From NCBI GenBank assembly GCA_041648975.1, contig JBAZNZ010000005.1:10332-74331 (forward strand): a stretch of 64,000 nt of DNA. The letters run 5' to 3'. Made by a program: the position numbers and the translations under genes. The notes beneath the pieces were generated by a model. The model was not told the DNA's origin. It made no database searches and saw only the letters and a list, made by a program, of their open reading frames with translations. The stretch comes from Candidatus Omnitrophota bacterium (GTDB lineage Bacteria > Omnitrophota > Gorgyraeia > 2-01-FULL-45-10). Of this stretch, positions 1-11,232 are shown piece after piece (positions within the stretch are counted from its first letter, which is position 1; each line of letters begins with the position of its first letter).

Positions 1-568
1 TTATGATTTTCATCCTGGCGGGATCTTGCCCGGCCAATTTCAGATAACCGTTACGCACCCTCTTGTGATAAGCGATATCCTTCTTCTCCATCCTGTCAAC
101 GCCTTTTTTTCTGGCGCGCCCTAGTCCGGTCACGGCATCTACATCAAGCAGTATCGTCAGGTCAGGTTTTAAACCACCCGTAGCCGCCGTATCCAGGGTT
201 TTGATCGTCTTCATTGGGACCTTTCCGCCGTATCCCTGGTAGCTGAACGTCGCGTCATTGAACCTGTCGCATATCACGATCTTCTTCTTCGCCAGGCACG
301 GCCTTATCAGCTCTTCCACAATCTGCGAGCGGCTAGCCTCAAAAAGAAACAATTCCGTAAGGTCGGATATTTCAACACCCCTGGACCTCAAAAGGACGTC
401 CCTTATAAGCTCGCCGGCTTTGGTCCCACCAGGCTCTCTCGTTATTACGCAATCGTAAGAGAGTTTCGAAAGATGATCATAGATAAGGCGCGCCTGAGTG
501 CTCTTACCGCAGCCCTCAACACCTTCGAACGTTATGAATAAGCCGCGTTTCAGGCCTTTCTTCGCCAT
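1..568 (-). CDS. tmk: thymidylate kinase, C-terminus cut by the window edge
   Basis: Translating the minus strand from ATG at complement 566-568 gives MAKKGLKRGLFITFEGVEGCGKSTQ (P-loop) and ICDRFNDATFSYQG (DRF motif). Absent from the ORF track because it runs off the window. The start overlaps the cysS stop. Confidence 0.85.
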   Translation of the reverse strand, partial: MAKKGLKRGLFITFEGVEGCGKSTQARLIYDHLSKLSYDCVITREPGGTKAGELIRDVLLRSRGVEISDLTELFLFEASRSQIVEELIRPCLAKKKIVICDRFNDATFSYQGYGGKVPMKTIKTLDTAATGGLKPDLTILLDVDAVTGLGRARKKGVDRMEKKDIAYHKRVRNGYLKLAGQDPARMKII

Positions 569-2043
569 ACAGTGCCTTCTTTAGTGTCTTCGAGAAGCAC
601 GCCTTTGTCCGAAAGGGTCCTCCGTATATCATCGGCTTTCTTAAAATCTTTTTCGTTACGCGCCTTGTCTCTCTGGCTTATCAATTTTACAACATCCGCC
701 TCGTCTACCTGTCCGCCCGAAACGCTCTTTGCCAGGTCAAGCCCAAATACGAAACTTAGCTCTTTTATCAGCTTTCCTATGCCCGATATTACGGCCTTCT
801 CATCTTTTGAGAATTCGTCTTTGCCCTGCATCAACTTATTGGCATGCGTTACAAGGTCGAACAACGACGCGAACGCAAGAGGCGTATTGAAATCATCGTC
901 CATCGCCTCTTCGAATTTTTTTCTGAAATTTTCGATAGAAAATTTCATCCCGTCGCCGCGACGAATAGGAGCGGCAGAGGAACTACCTCCTATATCTTGA
1001 CTTTTCTCAACACGTCCTATCTTCTCGAAGAGAATGACAAACCGTTCCTTCTGGCTCTTCATCTCGCTTATCTTCTCTTCGGTGTAGTCGACCGGATGCC
1101 TGTAATGGGTATTAAGGAAGAGAAGCTTCAGATAATCAGGGTCACGGTATTTAGCGATAAAATTTTGAATCGAAATAAAATTACCCAGCGACTTCGCCAT
1201 CTTCTCGTTATTTATGGTCAGAAGGCCGTGATGCATCCAGTATTTCGCGAATTTCTTCCCGGCTCCTTCGGACTGCGCTATCTCGTTCTCGTGATGAGGG
1301 AATATCAGATCCAGGCCTCCGCCGTGTATGTCGAATTCATCTCCGAGGATATCGGAACTCATCGCGGAACATTCTATATGCCATCCAGGCCGGCCATTCC
1401 CCCAGGGGCTGGGCCAGGACGGCTCTCCCTCCTTTGCGCTTTTCCATAACGCGAAGTCGAGCGGGTCTTTCTTCTTCCCACCGGACGGTACGCGCGCGCC
1501 TACCTCCATCTTATCGAGCGACTGGCGCGACAGCTTTCCGTAATCCTTCGCCTTTTTTATGTCAAAATATACGTCCCTGCCCGATTCATAGGCGCATCCT
1601 TTTTTAATGAGAATCTCTATGAACTTAATCATCTTAGGAATGTACTCAGTAGCCTTCGGCTCTACGTCGGGTTTCCCTATGCCGAGAATCTCCATATCTT
1701 CACAATATGCTTTATAATATTTTTCTGCTACTTTTCGTGTCTGTTCGGCAAGTCCGCCTGATGTTTCACTGCTTTCTTTAATAAATGTATTCGATAGAAC
1801 GAACTTATTTGCCTTATCTATTATCTTATCATCTACATCCGTTACGTTCCTGACGAACTTGACCTTCAGCCCTTTATATATAAGATAGCGACGAATTACG
1901 TCGAATATGTAGGCGCTCCTGGCGTGGCCTATGTGCGGCTCGTCATATACCGTTGGACCGCAGACATACATGCCGACTTTATCAGGTTTGAGCGGGGCGA
2001 ATTCCTCTTTAGTCCTGGTGAGAGAATTGTATATGCGCATCAT
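550..2043 (-). CDS. cysS: cysteinyl-tRNA synthetase
   Basis: Class I HIGH motif (PHIGHARS) and KMAKSLGN (KMSKS); full-length, 497 aa. Confidence 0.95.
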   Translation of the reverse strand: MMRIYNSLTRTKEEFAPLKPDKVGMYVCGPTVYDEPHIGHARSAYIFDVIRRYLIYKGLKVKFVRNVTDVDDKIIDKANKFVLSNTFIKESSETSGGLAEQTRKVAEKYYKAYCEDMEILGIGKPDVEPKATEYIPKMIKFIEILIKKGCAYESGRDVYFDIKKAKDYGKLSRQSLDKMEVGARVPSGGKKKDPLDFALWKSAKEGEPSWPSPWGNGRPGWHIECSAMSSDILGDEFDIHGGGLDLIFPHHENEIAQSEGAGKKFAKYWMHHGLLTINNEKMAKSLGNFISIQNFIAKYRDPDYLKLLFLNTHYRHPVDYTEEKISEMKSQKERFVILFEKIGRVEKSQDIGGSSSAAPIRRGDGMKFSIENFRKKFEEAMDDDFNTPLAFASLFDLVTHANKLMQGKDEFSKDEKAVISGIGKLIKELSFVFGLDLAKSVSGGQVDEADVVKLISQRDKARNEKDFKKADDIRRTLSDKGVLLEDTKEGTVWRRKA

Positions 2044-2108
2044 AAGTTATAAGTTATAAGTTATAAGTTATAAGTTCCATGCTTACAACTTATAACTTAC
2101 GACTTACA
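2044..2108 (-). repeat. heptamer-repeat hairpin element (HRH-1), cysE to cysS junction
   Basis: (ATAAGTT)x5, loop ccatgctt, then AACTTATAACTTACGACTTACAAC; the 3' arm ends directly at the cysS ATG. Confidence 0.9.
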
Positions 2109-2109
2109 A

Positions 2110-2799
2110 CTATCTTTTCTCCAGTTTATCCAGCCTCTCCCTCAACTCATCCATCTCCTGCAATATTGGATCAAGGACATGTATATGGTCGAGGCCCACA
2201 TCTATCTTCCTACCTTCCTGTTTCGTTATTCTCCCGGGAACGCCCACAACGGTAGAATTAGGCGGGACATCTTTTATAACAACGGCGTTGGCGCCTATAT
2301 AGGAATTATCCCCTATCGTAATATTTCCCAGGACCTTTGCGCCGGTCCCTATTACAACGTTATTCCCGATGGTCGGATGGCGCTTGCCTTTTTCCTTACC
2401 TGTGCCGCCGAGCGTTACCCCCTGGTAGATGGTTACATTATCTCCCGTTATAGTCGTCTCACCTATGACCACGCCCATTCCGTGGTCGATAAAAAACGAT
2501 TTGCCTATCTGTGCCCCTGGATGTATCTCTATGCCCGTAAAGAACCTGCCCGTCTGCGACAACATCCTGGGCAATAACGGTATGCCGGCTTTACGTATGG
2601 CATGGGCAATCCTGTATATGACCATGGCGTGAAGTCCGGAATATGTCAACAAGACCTCGATGAAACTCGCTGCTGCCGGGTCGCGCTCAAATATGGCGTC
2701 TATCTCTTTCTTGAACACTATTGCCACAACGGCCCAGAATGTCGTGAATGCCGCAATGAGAATAAACAATACCTTCAGGCAAATAGTCATCATGGTCAC
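2110..2799 (-). CDS. cysE: serine O-acetyltransferase (short Bacillus-type CysE). The N-terminal 27-aa hydrophobic extension may be an artefact; an alternative GTG start lies near 2718.
   Basis: Hexapeptide-repeat core [28 protein letters not shown]...GKRHPTIG is colinear with B. subtilis CysE, which begins at the position matching FKKEIDAIF. Confidence 0.88.
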   Translation of the reverse strand: MTMMTICLKVLFILIAAFTTFWAVVAIVFKKEIDAIFERDPAAASFIEVLLTYSGLHAMVIYRIAHAIRKAGIPLLPRMLSQTGRFFTGIEIHPGAQIGKSFFIDHGMGVVIGETTITGDNVTIYQGVTLGGTGKEKGKRHPTIGNNVVIGTGAKVLGNITIGDNSYIGANAVVIKDVPPNSTVVGVPGRITKQEGRKIDVGLDHIHVLDPILQEMDELRERLDKLEKR

Positions 2800-3272
2800 C
2801 TCTTTTCCTCCAGCATCACAGTGGCGAACGCGGCTATAGCGTCGCCTCTACCGATGGAGCCCACGCCTTCATTGGTAGTCGCTTTTATATTTATCCGCTC
2901 TTTCGGCATCCCCAATATCTCCGATATGGTCTGGCTCATCTTATCATTGAAAGGAAAGACCTTGGGTTCTTCGGCAAGGATCACTGTATCGACATTGATT
3001 ATCGTGAACTTCTTTTCCAGGACAAGTTCGGCCGCCCTTTTAAGTATCTTCCTGCTAGGCATATCTTTATACTGCGGATCCGTATCCGGGAAATGCTGAC
3101 CTATGTCTCCTAAGCCGAGCGCGCCCAGTATTGCGTCCGATATCGCGTGGATAACGACATCTCCGTCCGAATAACCTATTAAACCCTTTACATAGGGTAT
3201 CTCGACGCCGCCCAGGAATAACTTCCTATCCTCGACAAGCCTGTGTATATCGTAACCTATTCCGACCCGCAT
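2796..3272 (-). CDS. ispF: 2-C-methyl-D-erythritol 2,4-cyclodiphosphate synthase
   Basis: [12 protein letters not shown]...[19 protein letters not shown]; 158 aa. Confidence 0.95.
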   Translation of the reverse strand: MRVGIGYDIHRLVEDRKLFLGGVEIPYVKGLIGYSDGDVVIHAISDAILGALGLGDIGQHFPDTDPQYKDMPSRKILKRAAELVLEKKFTIINVDTVILAEEPKVFPFNDKMSQTISEILGMPKERINIKATTNEGVGSIGRGDAIAAFATVMLEEKR

Positions 3273-3937
3273 AACAGCACCTCCGCAAGTTTCAGATCTT
3301 CTTTCGTCGTTATCTTTATATTGCGGTAAGAACCCATTATGACCTTCACCCTACCGCCTGCCATCTCTACAAGGCCAGCGTCATCCGTGGCTTTTGCATG
3401 CTTAAGCCTTCCGTACGCCTTTTGTATCAGATCCCGTCTGAATACCTGCGGCGTCTGGGCTCTGAATACCCTGTTCCTGTCGAGCGTATCCTTTATAAAA
3501 AGCCCGCTATCGACGAGCTTTACAGTATCGCTCTCAGGCACCGCAACTATACAGCCGCCTGTCTTTCTTGCCGCGCGTATGGATTTTTCTATTAAATAAC
3601 TTTCGATAAAAGGCCTTGCCGCGTCATGGATGAGGACAATATCGGCCGAAGGCCCTATTCTTTTCAAACAATTCCTCACGGACTCCGAGCGCGTCTTTCC
3701 TCCGACAACCACGTCCACTACTTTCTTAAAACCGCACTTTTTTACAAGTACCCTGAACCTCGCTACGCAGGATCTTTCGGCGGCTATTATAATACCGTCG
3801 ATCGAGGCGCAATCTTCAAGGGTCCGGAGGGAATAATATACGAGAGGTCTCGAGCCTAACAGGACAAAAGGTTTCTTCTGTCTAGAACCCAACCTTTTCC
3901 CGTGCCCGGCAGAGGGTATTATGGCTATAGTCTTCAT
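3257..3937 (-). CDS. ispD: 2-C-methyl-D-erythritol 4-phosphate cytidylyltransferase
   Basis: N-terminal IIPSAGHGKRLG nucleotidyltransferase motif; 226 aa; adjacent to ispF. Confidence 0.9.
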   Translation of the reverse strand: MKTIAIIPSAGHGKRLGSRQKKPFVLLGSRPLVYYSLRTLEDCASIDGIIIAAERSCVARFRVLVKKCGFKKVVDVVVGGKTRSESVRNCLKRIGPSADIVLIHDAARPFIESYLIEKSIRAARKTGGCIVAVPESDTVKLVDSGLFIKDTLDRNRVFRAQTPQVFRRDLIQKAYGRLKHAKATDDAGLVEMAGGRVKVIMGSYRNIKITTKEDLKLAEVLLCGSE

Positions 3938-3956
3938 TGAGGCTCACTTCGTCTTC

Positions 3957-4979
3957 CTACTTTCCTTTCCAACCGCCCCTGGGAGCGTCCTCAAGCCTTG
4001 CGAATATCATCCTTCCGGCGGAAGTCTGGAGAACGCTCGTGACTACTACCTTGGTGACCTGGCCGATGATACTCCTGGAATTATCCACGACCACCATGGT
4101 GCCGTCATCAAGATACGCAACGCCCTGGTTGTATTCCTTGCCTTCTTTGGTGATCCTGACTTCCATCGTCTCGCCGGGCAGGACTACGGGCCTGAGCGTG
4201 TTCGCAAGCTCATTTATGTTCAGCACCGCGACGCCCTGGAGCTCAGCGATCTTATTAAGGTTAAAATCGTTCGTGAAGACCTTGGCGCCTAAAAGCTTTG
4301 CCAGCTTTACGAGCTTGGCGTCCACCTCTTTTATCTCCGGGAAGTCCTCTTCCTGTATCCTGACGTCAAGCGCCGTCGATTTCTGTATCTTATTCAATAT
4401 ATCGAGGCCGCGCCTCCCGCGGTTCCTCTTGAGGGAATCCGACGAATCGGCGATCTGCTGCAACTCTTTCAACACGAAGCGAGGTATGACGATCCTCCCC
4501 TCGACGAAATGGGTCTGGAATATCTCGGCTATCCGGCCGTCGATTATCACGCTCGTGTCGAGCAGGATTATGTCGTCCTTCTTGTCCTGCCTGACGAACT
4601 TCACATAAGGCACAATAAGATTGAACTCGTCCTTACCCCTCATCGCGATTATCATCCCGAGATAACAGAATATCAATATCAGGATTATCTGGAGCGAGGA
4701 GAACATTTCAATAGACATCGGGATGAGTTTCATGACGCTGGTCAGTATCCATGCCATAAAGAACCCGAAGAAAAGCCCGAAGACAGCGGCAGACAAATTC
4801 CTTACGGAGAATCTCTTCATGCCCATCTCGACCAGGATTACAAGGAGAGCTCCGAAAAATCCTGCCACGGCTCCCGATAAGGCCCAGCTCATCCGCAGAT
4901 CTCCCAGCGTAGAACCAACGTAATAACCTGCAACGCTCGACAGGAATACAAAAAATATCCTAAGGAATATTACTGTCAT
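3957..4979 (-). CDS. yacL: membrane-anchored PIN/TRAM-domain protein (YacL-like)
   Basis: N-terminal TM helices, PIN-like core (ILLDTSVIIDGRI), C-terminal TRAM-like domain; lies upstream of ispD-ispF as in Bacillus. Confidence 0.7.
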   Translation of the reverse strand: MTVIFLRIFFVFLSSVAGYYVGSTLGDLRMSWALSGAVAGFFGALLVILVEMGMKRFSVRNLSAAVFGLFFGFFMAWILTSVMKLIPMSIEMFSSLQIILILIFCYLGMIIAMRGKDEFNLIVPYVKFVRQDKKDDIILLDTSVIIDGRIAEIFQTHFVEGRIVIPRFVLKELQQIADSSDSLKRNRGRRGLDILNKIQKSTALDVRIQEEDFPEIKEVDAKLVKLAKLLGAKVFTNDFNLNKIAELQGVAVLNINELANTLRPVVLPGETMEVRITKEGKEYNQGVAYLDDGTMVVVDNSRSIIGQVTKVVVTSVLQTSAGRMIFARLEDAPRGGWKGK

Positions 4980-4989
4980 ATATTACCCC

Positions 4990-5622
4990 TTATTCTTCGC
5001 TTCGCGGTTTGTTCAGCAGTTTCCAGGGATGCCTTTTGACATCCTCGCTGAATTCCCTGAAATTACCGGTCATGGCCTTCACGTCATTATATACTGCGTC
5101 TTCCATCAAAAGCTTGCCGACCGTGCCTTCGCCTTTTTTAAGTTTATCCACTATGGTCCTGACCGAATCGGAAAGGCTGGCCAGGTTCTCTGTGATCTTC
5201 TCCATTGGCACGGGATCCTTACCTATAAGCATCCCGTCATTCTGTACCAGCGGCTTTCCTATCGTTCCGGGCACTATCTCAAGATACTTTTCTCCGAGGA
5301 GACCGAGAGTGTTGATCGTCGCGACAGCATCCTCCTCGATATGCGTGCCTTCCTGTATCCAGACGGTCAATTCGGCCTTCGTCTGTTTGGCGGCCTCGTC
5401 ATATACTACTTTTATACCCTGGACCTGGCCGACGCCGACACCCGCAAGCCTCACTGGCGCGGCAGGCCCTATGCCGCTCGCGAAATTGAACGTCACCTTG
5501 ATAAGGTATCCATTTTTAGAGAAATTGATGTCGCCGATGGAAAAGACTATTAAAAATAATATAGCTATACCGATCAAAATAAAGATGCCGACCTTCAACT
5601 CAAATGTCCTTGTGCCTTCCAT
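4990..5622 (-). CDS. mlaD: Mce-domain protein MlaD
   Basis: N-terminal TM anchor plus Mce domain; adjacent to mlaF/mlaE. Confidence 0.8.
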   Translation of the reverse strand: MEGTRTFELKVGIFILIGIAILFLIVFSIGDINFSKNGYLIKVTFNFASGIGPAAPVRLAGVGVGQVQGIKVVYDEAAKQTKAELTVWIQEGTHIEEDAVATINTLGLLGEKYLEIVPGTIGKPLVQNDGMLIGKDPVPMEKITENLASLSDSVRTIVDKLKKGEGTVGKLLMEDAVYNDVKAMTGNFREFSEDVKRHPWKLLNKPRSEE

Positions 5623-5646
5623 TGTTACCCCCTTAAATTGACTTTT

Positions 5647-5731
5647 AGTTGTAAGTTGTAAGTTGTAAGTTGTAAGTTTTAAGCGGTAAGTAAAAATTTT
5701 TATCTTACGACTTACAACTTATAACTTACTG
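5647..5731 (-). repeat. heptamer-repeat hairpin element (HRH-2), mlaF to mlaD junction
   Basis: (GTAAGTT)x4...GGTAAGT, A/T loop, then CTTACGACTTACAACTTATAACTTAC. Confidence 0.9.
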
Positions 5732-5732
5732 C

Positions 5733-6500
5733 TTAAATCAGGTGTTCGAAATCTATCCCTTCGGTTATCGGCCCTTTACCAGTGCCCGTTATAAACTGAT
5801 GGACTATCGGATCTTTCGTATTTTTTATCTCTTCCGGTTTGCCGTTAGCTATTATCTTCCCGTTGTACAGCATGGCGATCCTGTTGGCTATCTTATAGGC
5901 GCTCGACATATCGTGCGTCACGGCTATAGATGTTACCTTGAGCTGGTTATGAAGCTCTACGATCAGGTCATTTATCGCGTCGCCCATTATCGGATCGACG
6001 CCCGTAGTCGGTTCATCATAAAGGATTATCTGCGGCCTTAGCGCGATCGCCCTGGCCAGGCCTACTCTCTTCCTCATACCTCCGGATAATTCCGCGGGTT
6101 TCTTATATTCGACATCTTTCAATCCCACGAGCGCAAGACATTCCTTGACCCTTTGTTTTATTTCCTGGCGGCTGGAATTCATATGCTCTATCATTCCGAA
6201 TGCGACGTTCTCCATGACATTCAGCGAATCGAAGAGCGCGGCCCCCTGGAAGAGCATGCCGAACTTCATACGAAGGGCGTTTAATTCCTTCTCATCCATC
6301 ACCGCAACGTCCTTACCGTCGACTATGACCTGGCCGCTGTCCGGTTTTAATAATCCTATGATATGTTTCAGGAGCACGCTCTTGCCGCATCCCGACCTTC
6401 CTATTATTACGGTCGTCTCGCCTGTATTGATGGCCAGGTTCAGGTTATCAAGCACCACGTGGCCTTCGAACGATTTGCACAGGTTAATGATTTCGATCAT
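5733..6500 (-). CDS. mlaF: ABC transporter ATP-binding protein MlaF
   Basis: Walker A GRSGCGKS and signature LSGGMRKRVGLARA. Confidence 0.85.
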   Translation of the reverse strand: MIEIINLCKSFEGHVVLDNLNLAINTGETTVIIGRSGCGKSVLLKHIIGLLKPDSGQVIVDGKDVAVMDEKELNALRMKFGMLFQGAALFDSLNVMENVAFGMIEHMNSSRQEIKQRVKECLALVGLKDVEYKKPAELSGGMRKRVGLARAIALRPQIILYDEPTTGVDPIMGDAINDLIVELHNQLKVTSIAVTHDMSSAYKIANRIAMLYNGKIIANGKPEEIKNTKDPIVHQFITGTGKGPITEGIDFEHLI

Positions 6501-6516
6501 GTTTAGCTTTCACTTT

Positions 6517-7302
6517 TTATTGGTTCATGACAAAATAGAATAATGCCGTAAAGAAACAATCGGACGCTATTATCAGTATGAAACTCGTTACAACGCTCGA
6601 CGTAGTCGCGCGCCCTACACCCTCCGCGCCGCCTTCCGCGGTCATACCTTCATAACAGGCTACTATACAGATTATTATCGCGAAGAAATAACTTTTTATA
6701 AGTCCGGTAAAAAGATCCTTATATTTAAGCGGATCCCACGTGTTCTTCATATAAAGTCCGTGGGATATACCGAGTTTATATACACCTATGATGTAACCGC
6801 CGAGTATGCCTATCATATCGGCAAATACCGTAAGGAGCGGAAGCATTATCATGAGCGCCATGAACCGGGGGACAACCAGATATTTCACGGGATTCGTGGC
6901 CAGCGTCTCAAGAGCGTCTATCTGCTCGGTAACCTTCATTGTGCCGAGTTCGGCGGTGATAGACGCTCCTACCCTGCCCGCGACTATCAAAGCCGTCAGG
7001 ACGGGACCGAGCTCCCTTGTCATCGATATGCACACCAGTGAGGCTATATACATCTCAGCGGAAAACCTCTTCATCTGATATGCGCTCTGCAGGGCGAGCA
7101 CCATTCCGGTAAAAAAGCTTATAAGAGCTACTATGGGAAGGCTGTCAACCCCTATCTTGGACATCTGTTCTGTTATCTGCTTCCTCCTCAAAGGCGGGAT
7201 AGGTATCCAGAAAAGTGTCTGCCCCATCAGTACCGAAAGCCCTCCCGCATACCTGATAAACTGCATGAAGCCGCTGCCGAGACCCTCTAATACCTTTCTC
7301 AT
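6517..7302 (-). CDS. mlaE: ABC transporter permease MlaE
   Basis: Multi-TM protein with the MlaE family pattern (TRELGPVLTALIVAGRVGASITAELGTMKVTEQIDALE). Confidence 0.85.
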   Translation of the reverse strand: MRKVLEGLGSGFMQFIRYAGGLSVLMGQTLFWIPIPPLRRKQITEQMSKIGVDSLPIVALISFFTGMVLALQSAYQMKRFSAEMYIASLVCISMTRELGPVLTALIVAGRVGASITAELGTMKVTEQIDALETLATNPVKYLVVPRFMALMIMLPLLTVFADMIGILGGYIIGVYKLGISHGLYMKNTWDPLKYKDLFTGLIKSYFFAIIICIVACYEGMTAEGGAEGVGRATTSSVVTSFILIIASDCFFTALFYFVMNQ

Positions 7303-8774
7303 CAGAATTTATCCTTATGTTCAAACCCTAAGAAATCCTCATCCTGCCCAAGCATCATCTTAAGACTTTCATGCTGATGAAGCTTATACTCGAGCTGGAC
7401 CTCGTCCGTATGCCCGATGCTTTCTCCCATCTTCTCCTCGGCGATGAATTTCTTGAAATCGAGGCTGATCACATCGTCTATCTTCTTTGTCATTCGTATT
7501 TCCTGGGCATCCTTTAGCTTTGTAGTCTCCAACACGTCCCAAGAAAGAGCCTGATCATCGTTCAGGATCTTTATTCCCGCAAAGAGATCGTTCCTGCCTA
7601 TCTTACGCAGGTCCATCTCGCCGGACAGCGTAAAGTAACCGCTCTCCCGGGTTATTCGTGAGTCCTCGATATGCATAATAGGCCCGTCACCTGTAAAACT
7701 GGCTGTCAGATATTTGAAATCCAGCGTCGCGATAGTCCCGTTGCGTATTTCCATGCGTATATCAGTTTTCAGGGTTTCCGGCTTACCTTTAAATGCGAAC
7801 TTTCCGTTCAAAGTGCCCGACAACATGGAAGAAGGATCTTTTACCCCCAGGTTGGCAAACAACCAGGTCAAGCTTACGTTATTTGCGGTAAATACGGCGT
7901 CTACGTTATAGGGTTTACTTAAAAATATTTTCGCTCGGGCTTTGACTATCTCACCGAAACTAAAATCGGGGATCTCAAGCATACCGCCTGAATAACGATA
8001 AGACGCCTTAGCGTTAAATAACGGCCTGAAATTGACCACGAGGTTTTCCGCATCCACTTCTCCTTCTACAAAGGCCTTTTTTACACCGCCCCCCGCGCCC
8101 TCTATCCTGTTCTTTAAATTCAGGTCGCATACTATATCGCATCCGTATAGTTGTATATGTTCAACCCTTATTTTGGCGTCAAGAACGCCGCTTGACGATA
8201 ACGCCCCTTTTGCTTTTAATGTGCCTGCCGCCGGACGTATCTCTATGTCAAAAGAGTCATCTTTGACCTTTCCTACAAAATCGACTTTCTCTTTATTGGG
8301 CAGATTGACGTACCCTTTAACATCGGCGTCGGCAAAGCTCCCTTCCAGCTTAACAAAACCGGTCATACCGCCGTTCTTCGTGACAAAATTTATATAAACG
8401 GAAGAGTCCCCGGATAATACATCACATACCGCGGGGCCGCCTTTTCCGTCCCTGCAAAAGACAGAGAACAGAAAATCCCATATCCTGTAGTCGGTCCTGA
8501 TGCTGTTAATATCCACGGACGAGAAGAGGAATGTCCCTTTTTTGTCCTCTATTTTTATATCATTGAAGACGAAGGGCCTGAATACGCCGCCGTCTATGCT
8601 GCCTATCGAAAAACTGACTTTATCATTAAAGGTCTTTTCGATGCCCATTTCGGCAAGATTCTTCATCTGCGGGACAAACGCTTCCATCCTGCTCTCGGCG
8701 AATACCGTCAGGCAGGTTATGAGGAGCGCCGCCAGTATAAATTTAAACCTTCTTCTCGTTCTTGAATGCCGCAT
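7302..8774 (-). CDS. hypothetical signal-anchored beta-rich envelope protein (possibly AsmA/TamB-like)
   Basis: 490-aa ORF with an N-terminal TM anchor, directly downstream of clpC and upstream of mlaE. The product assignment is weak. Confidence 0.45.
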   Translation of the reverse strand: MRHSRTRRRFKFILAALLITCLTVFAESRMEAFVPQMKNLAEMGIEKTFNDKVSFSIGSIDGGVFRPFVFNDIKIEDKKGTFLFSSVDINSIRTDYRIWDFLFSVFCRDGKGGPAVCDVLSGDSSVYINFVTKNGGMTGFVKLEGSFADADVKGYVNLPNKEKVDFVGKVKDDSFDIEIRPAAGTLKAKGALSSSGVLDAKIRVEHIQLYGCDIVCDLNLKNRIEGAGGGVKKAFVEGEVDAENLVVNFRPLFNAKASYRYSGGMLEIPDFSFGEIVKARAKIFLSKPYNVDAVFTANNVSLTWLFANLGVKDPSSMLSGTLNGKFAFKGKPETLKTDIRMEIRNGTIATLDFKYLTASFTGDGPIMHIEDSRITRESGYFTLSGEMDLRKIGRNDLFAGIKILNDDQALSWDVLETTKLKDAQEIRMTKKIDDVISLDFKKFIAEEKMGESIGHTDEVQLEYKLHQHESLKMMLGQDEDFLGFEHKDKF

Positions 8775-11205
8775 CGCTTACCGTTTTGAACTCCAGATGA
8801 TCGACCTTTGCGGTTACCAGTACCCTGCCGCCTTTTTTAAAAGACCCTCTTATTATCTCCTCGGCCAGCGGATCCTCCAGGAACCGCTGTATCGTCCTCT
8901 TGAGGGGACGCGCGCCGAAAGCCTTATCGAACCCCTTATCGATCAGGAAGTTCTTTGCCTCGTCGTTAAGGTCTATCTTTATGTCTTGCTCCTTGAGCCT
9001 TGACTCGACGTCCTTTATCTCAAGCTCTACTATATGCACCAGGTCATCCCTCGTAAGGGACCTGAATACTATTATATCGTCAACCCTGTTAAGGAATTCC
9101 GGCTTGAATGCCCTTTTCACTTCGTCCAGGAGCCTCTCCTTCATACCCTGATAGGTAACGTCCTCGGCCTGCGATTTGAACCCTAAAGACCCCTGCTTCT
9201 TCAGCATCTCAGCGCCTATATTGGAGGTCATGATAATAATGGTATTCTTGAAATCGACCTTCCGCCCGAAAGAATCGGTCAGGCGGCCTTCCTCAAGCAT
9301 CTGCAGGAGCAGGTTGAATACGTCCGGATGCGCCTTTTCGATCTCGTCCAGCAGCACTACGGAATAAGGACGGCGCCTTACCTTCTCTGTCAGCTGGCCC
9401 CCTTCTTCGTATCCGACGTAACCGGGAGGCGCGCCAACGAGTCTGGAGACATTGAATTTCTCCATGTACTCCGACATATCGATCTGTATAATAGCGTCGT
9501 CGTCACCGAACATGAATTCGGCAAGAGCCCGCCCTACCAGCGTCTTCCCCACTCCGGTAGGCCCCAGGAACACGAATGACCCTATGGGCCGCTTCGGGTC
9601 TTTGATGCCCGCGCGCGAACGCCTGACGGCGTGCGCTATAGCGCTTATGGCCTCGTCCTGCCCTATGACACGTTTATGCAGGGTCGCTTCCATCTTCAGG
9701 AACTTATCCTGTTCTTTCTCTTCAAGTTTAAGGATAGGGATGCCCGTCCATTTGGATACTATAGTGGCGATATCATCCTCGCCGACTTTGGGCTCGAATT
9801 TCCCCTTTGACTCTTTCCACTCCCTTTTTATCTTGTTAAGTTCGTCTTTGATCTTGCGTTCCTCATCCCTGTACTTCGCGGCCTTCTCGAAATCCTGGTC
9901 TTTTACGGCGGATTCCTTCTCTTTTTTTACTCCCGCCATCTTGTCCTCGATATGTTTTACGTCCGGCGGCGCGGTCATAACGGAAAGCCTTGCCCGCGAG
10001 CCCGCTTCGTCCATAAGATCTATAGCCTTGTCGGGCAGGTACCTGCCGCTGATGTATCTGTCGGAAAGCTTTGCGGCAGCCTCAAGCGCCTCGTCGGTAA
10101 ATTTTACCTTGTGATGCGCCTCGTACTTGTCGCGAAGCCCTTTCAATATCTCTATCGACTCTTCAACGCTCGGCGGCTCGACCATTATCGTCTGGAACCT
10201 TCTCTCGAGCGCCGCGTCCTTCTCGATGTGTTTCCTGAATTCATCCAGGGTGGTGGCGCCTATGCACTGTATCTCACCCCTCGACAATGCCGGCTTCAAT
10301 ATATTCGAGGCGTCTATGGCGCCTTCAGCCCCTCCGGCGCCTACCAGCGTATGCAGTTCGTCTATGAATACGATCACGTCCTCGGAACGCTTTATCTCGT
10401 CCATGACGGCCTTGATCCTCTCCTCGAATTGCCCCCTGTATTTTGTGCCGGCTACCATCATAGCCAGGTCCAGGATTATCAGCCTCTTATCCTTAAGGGT
10501 CTCAGGCACATCTCCGGCTATTATCTTCTGGGCGAGGCCTTCAACGATAGCGGTCTTCCCAACGCCGGCCTCTCCCAGAAGGACGGGATTATTTTTGGTC
10601 CGGCGCGACAATATCTGTATGACGCGCTCTATCTCGTTCTTCCTGCCTATGACCGGATCGAGTTTATTGTCCTTTGCCAATTTTGTCAGGTCTCTCCCGA
10701 ACGCATCCAGAGCCGGCGTCTTCGCATGGGACACCTTCTGCCCCATCTCGTATCCGGGAATCTCCGATCCAAGCAGGTTCATGACCTCTTCTCTGACCTT
10801 TTCAAGCTCAAGCCCGAGATTCATCAATACCTGGGAAGCCACGCCTTCGCCTTCCCTGATCAATCCCAAAAGCAGATGCTCCGTCCCAATATAATTATGG
10901 CCAAGCGAGCGCGCCTCATCCATCGCAAGTTCTATGACCTTTTTTGCCTTAGGAGTAAACGGGAGGTCACCGGATATAACAGTGCTCGGGCCCGGCTGGA
11001 CGAGCTTTTCGACCTCAAGCCTGATCTTATCCGCACCCATCCCAAAGCTGGCCAGGACAGCGGCGGCAACGCCTTCGCCCTCCCTTACGAGCCCCAGCAG
11101 TATATGTTCCGTCCCTATATAATCATGATTAAACCTCTTGGCCTCCTCCTTAGCCAGGAGTATGACCTTCCTCGCTCTTTCCGTAAATCTATTGAACATT
11201 GGCAT
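8743..11205 (-). CDS. clpC: ATP-dependent Clp protease ATP-binding subunit ClpC
   Basis: Two Clp_N repeats at the N-terminus, two AAA+ modules ([15 protein letters not shown]; [15 protein letters not shown]), UVR linker; 820 aa. Confidence 0.95.
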   Translation of the reverse strand: MPMFNRFTERARKVILLAKEEAKRFNHDYIGTEHILLGLVREGEGVAAAVLASFGMGADKIRLEVEKLVQPGPSTVISGDLPFTPKAKKVIELAMDEARSLGHNYIGTEHLLLGLIREGEGVASQVLMNLGLELEKVREEVMNLLGSEIPGYEMGQKVSHAKTPALDAFGRDLTKLAKDNKLDPVIGRKNEIERVIQILSRRTKNNPVLLGEAGVGKTAIVEGLAQKIIAGDVPETLKDKRLIILDLAMMVAGTKYRGQFEERIKAVMDEIKRSEDVIVFIDELHTLVGAGGAEGAIDASNILKPALSRGEIQCIGATTLDEFRKHIEKDAALERRFQTIMVEPPSVEESIEILKGLRDKYEAHHKVKFTDEALEAAAKLSDRYISGRYLPDKAIDLMDEAGSRARLSVMTAPPDVKHIEDKMAGVKKEKESAVKDQDFEKAAKYRDEERKIKDELNKIKREWKESKGKFEPKVGEDDIATIVSKWTGIPILKLEEKEQDKFLKMEATLHKRVIGQDEAISAIAHAVRRSRAGIKDPKRPIGSFVFLGPTGVGKTLVGRALAEFMFGDDDAIIQIDMSEYMEKFNVSRLVGAPPGYVGYEEGGQLTEKVRRRPYSVVLLDEIEKAHPDVFNLLLQMLEEGRLTDSFGRKVDFKNTIIIMTSNIGAEMLKKQGSLGFKSQAEDVTYQGMKERLLDEVKRAFKPEFLNRVDDIIVFRSLTRDDLVHIVELEIKDVESRLKEQDIKIDLNDEAKNFLIDKGFDKAFGARPLKRTIQRFLEDPLAEEIIRGSFKKGGRVLVTAKVDHLEFKTVSDAAFKNEKKV

Positions 11206-11232
11206 GTGTAACTACCCTCCGTCTCAAGTTTC

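Noticed and set aside
258-458. 66-aa plus-strand ORF inside tmk
   Set aside because: Antisense to the tmk coding region, which carries clear P-loop and DRF motifs on the minus strand.
572-1543. Plus-strand ORFs of 142, 201 and 71 aa, antisense to cysS
   Set aside because: Fully nested inside a strongly supported cysS CDS; low-complexity translations with no motifs. These are shadow ORFs.
3937-4608. 223-aa plus-strand ORF overlapping yacL
   Set aside because: Antisense to a well-supported PIN/TRAM gene; Ser/Thr-rich low-complexity translation.
9952-11211. 419-aa plus-strand ORF antisense to clpC, with further antisense ORFs at 9452-10894
   Set aside because: Nested inside clpC, whose protein is strongly conserved; no recognisable domains.
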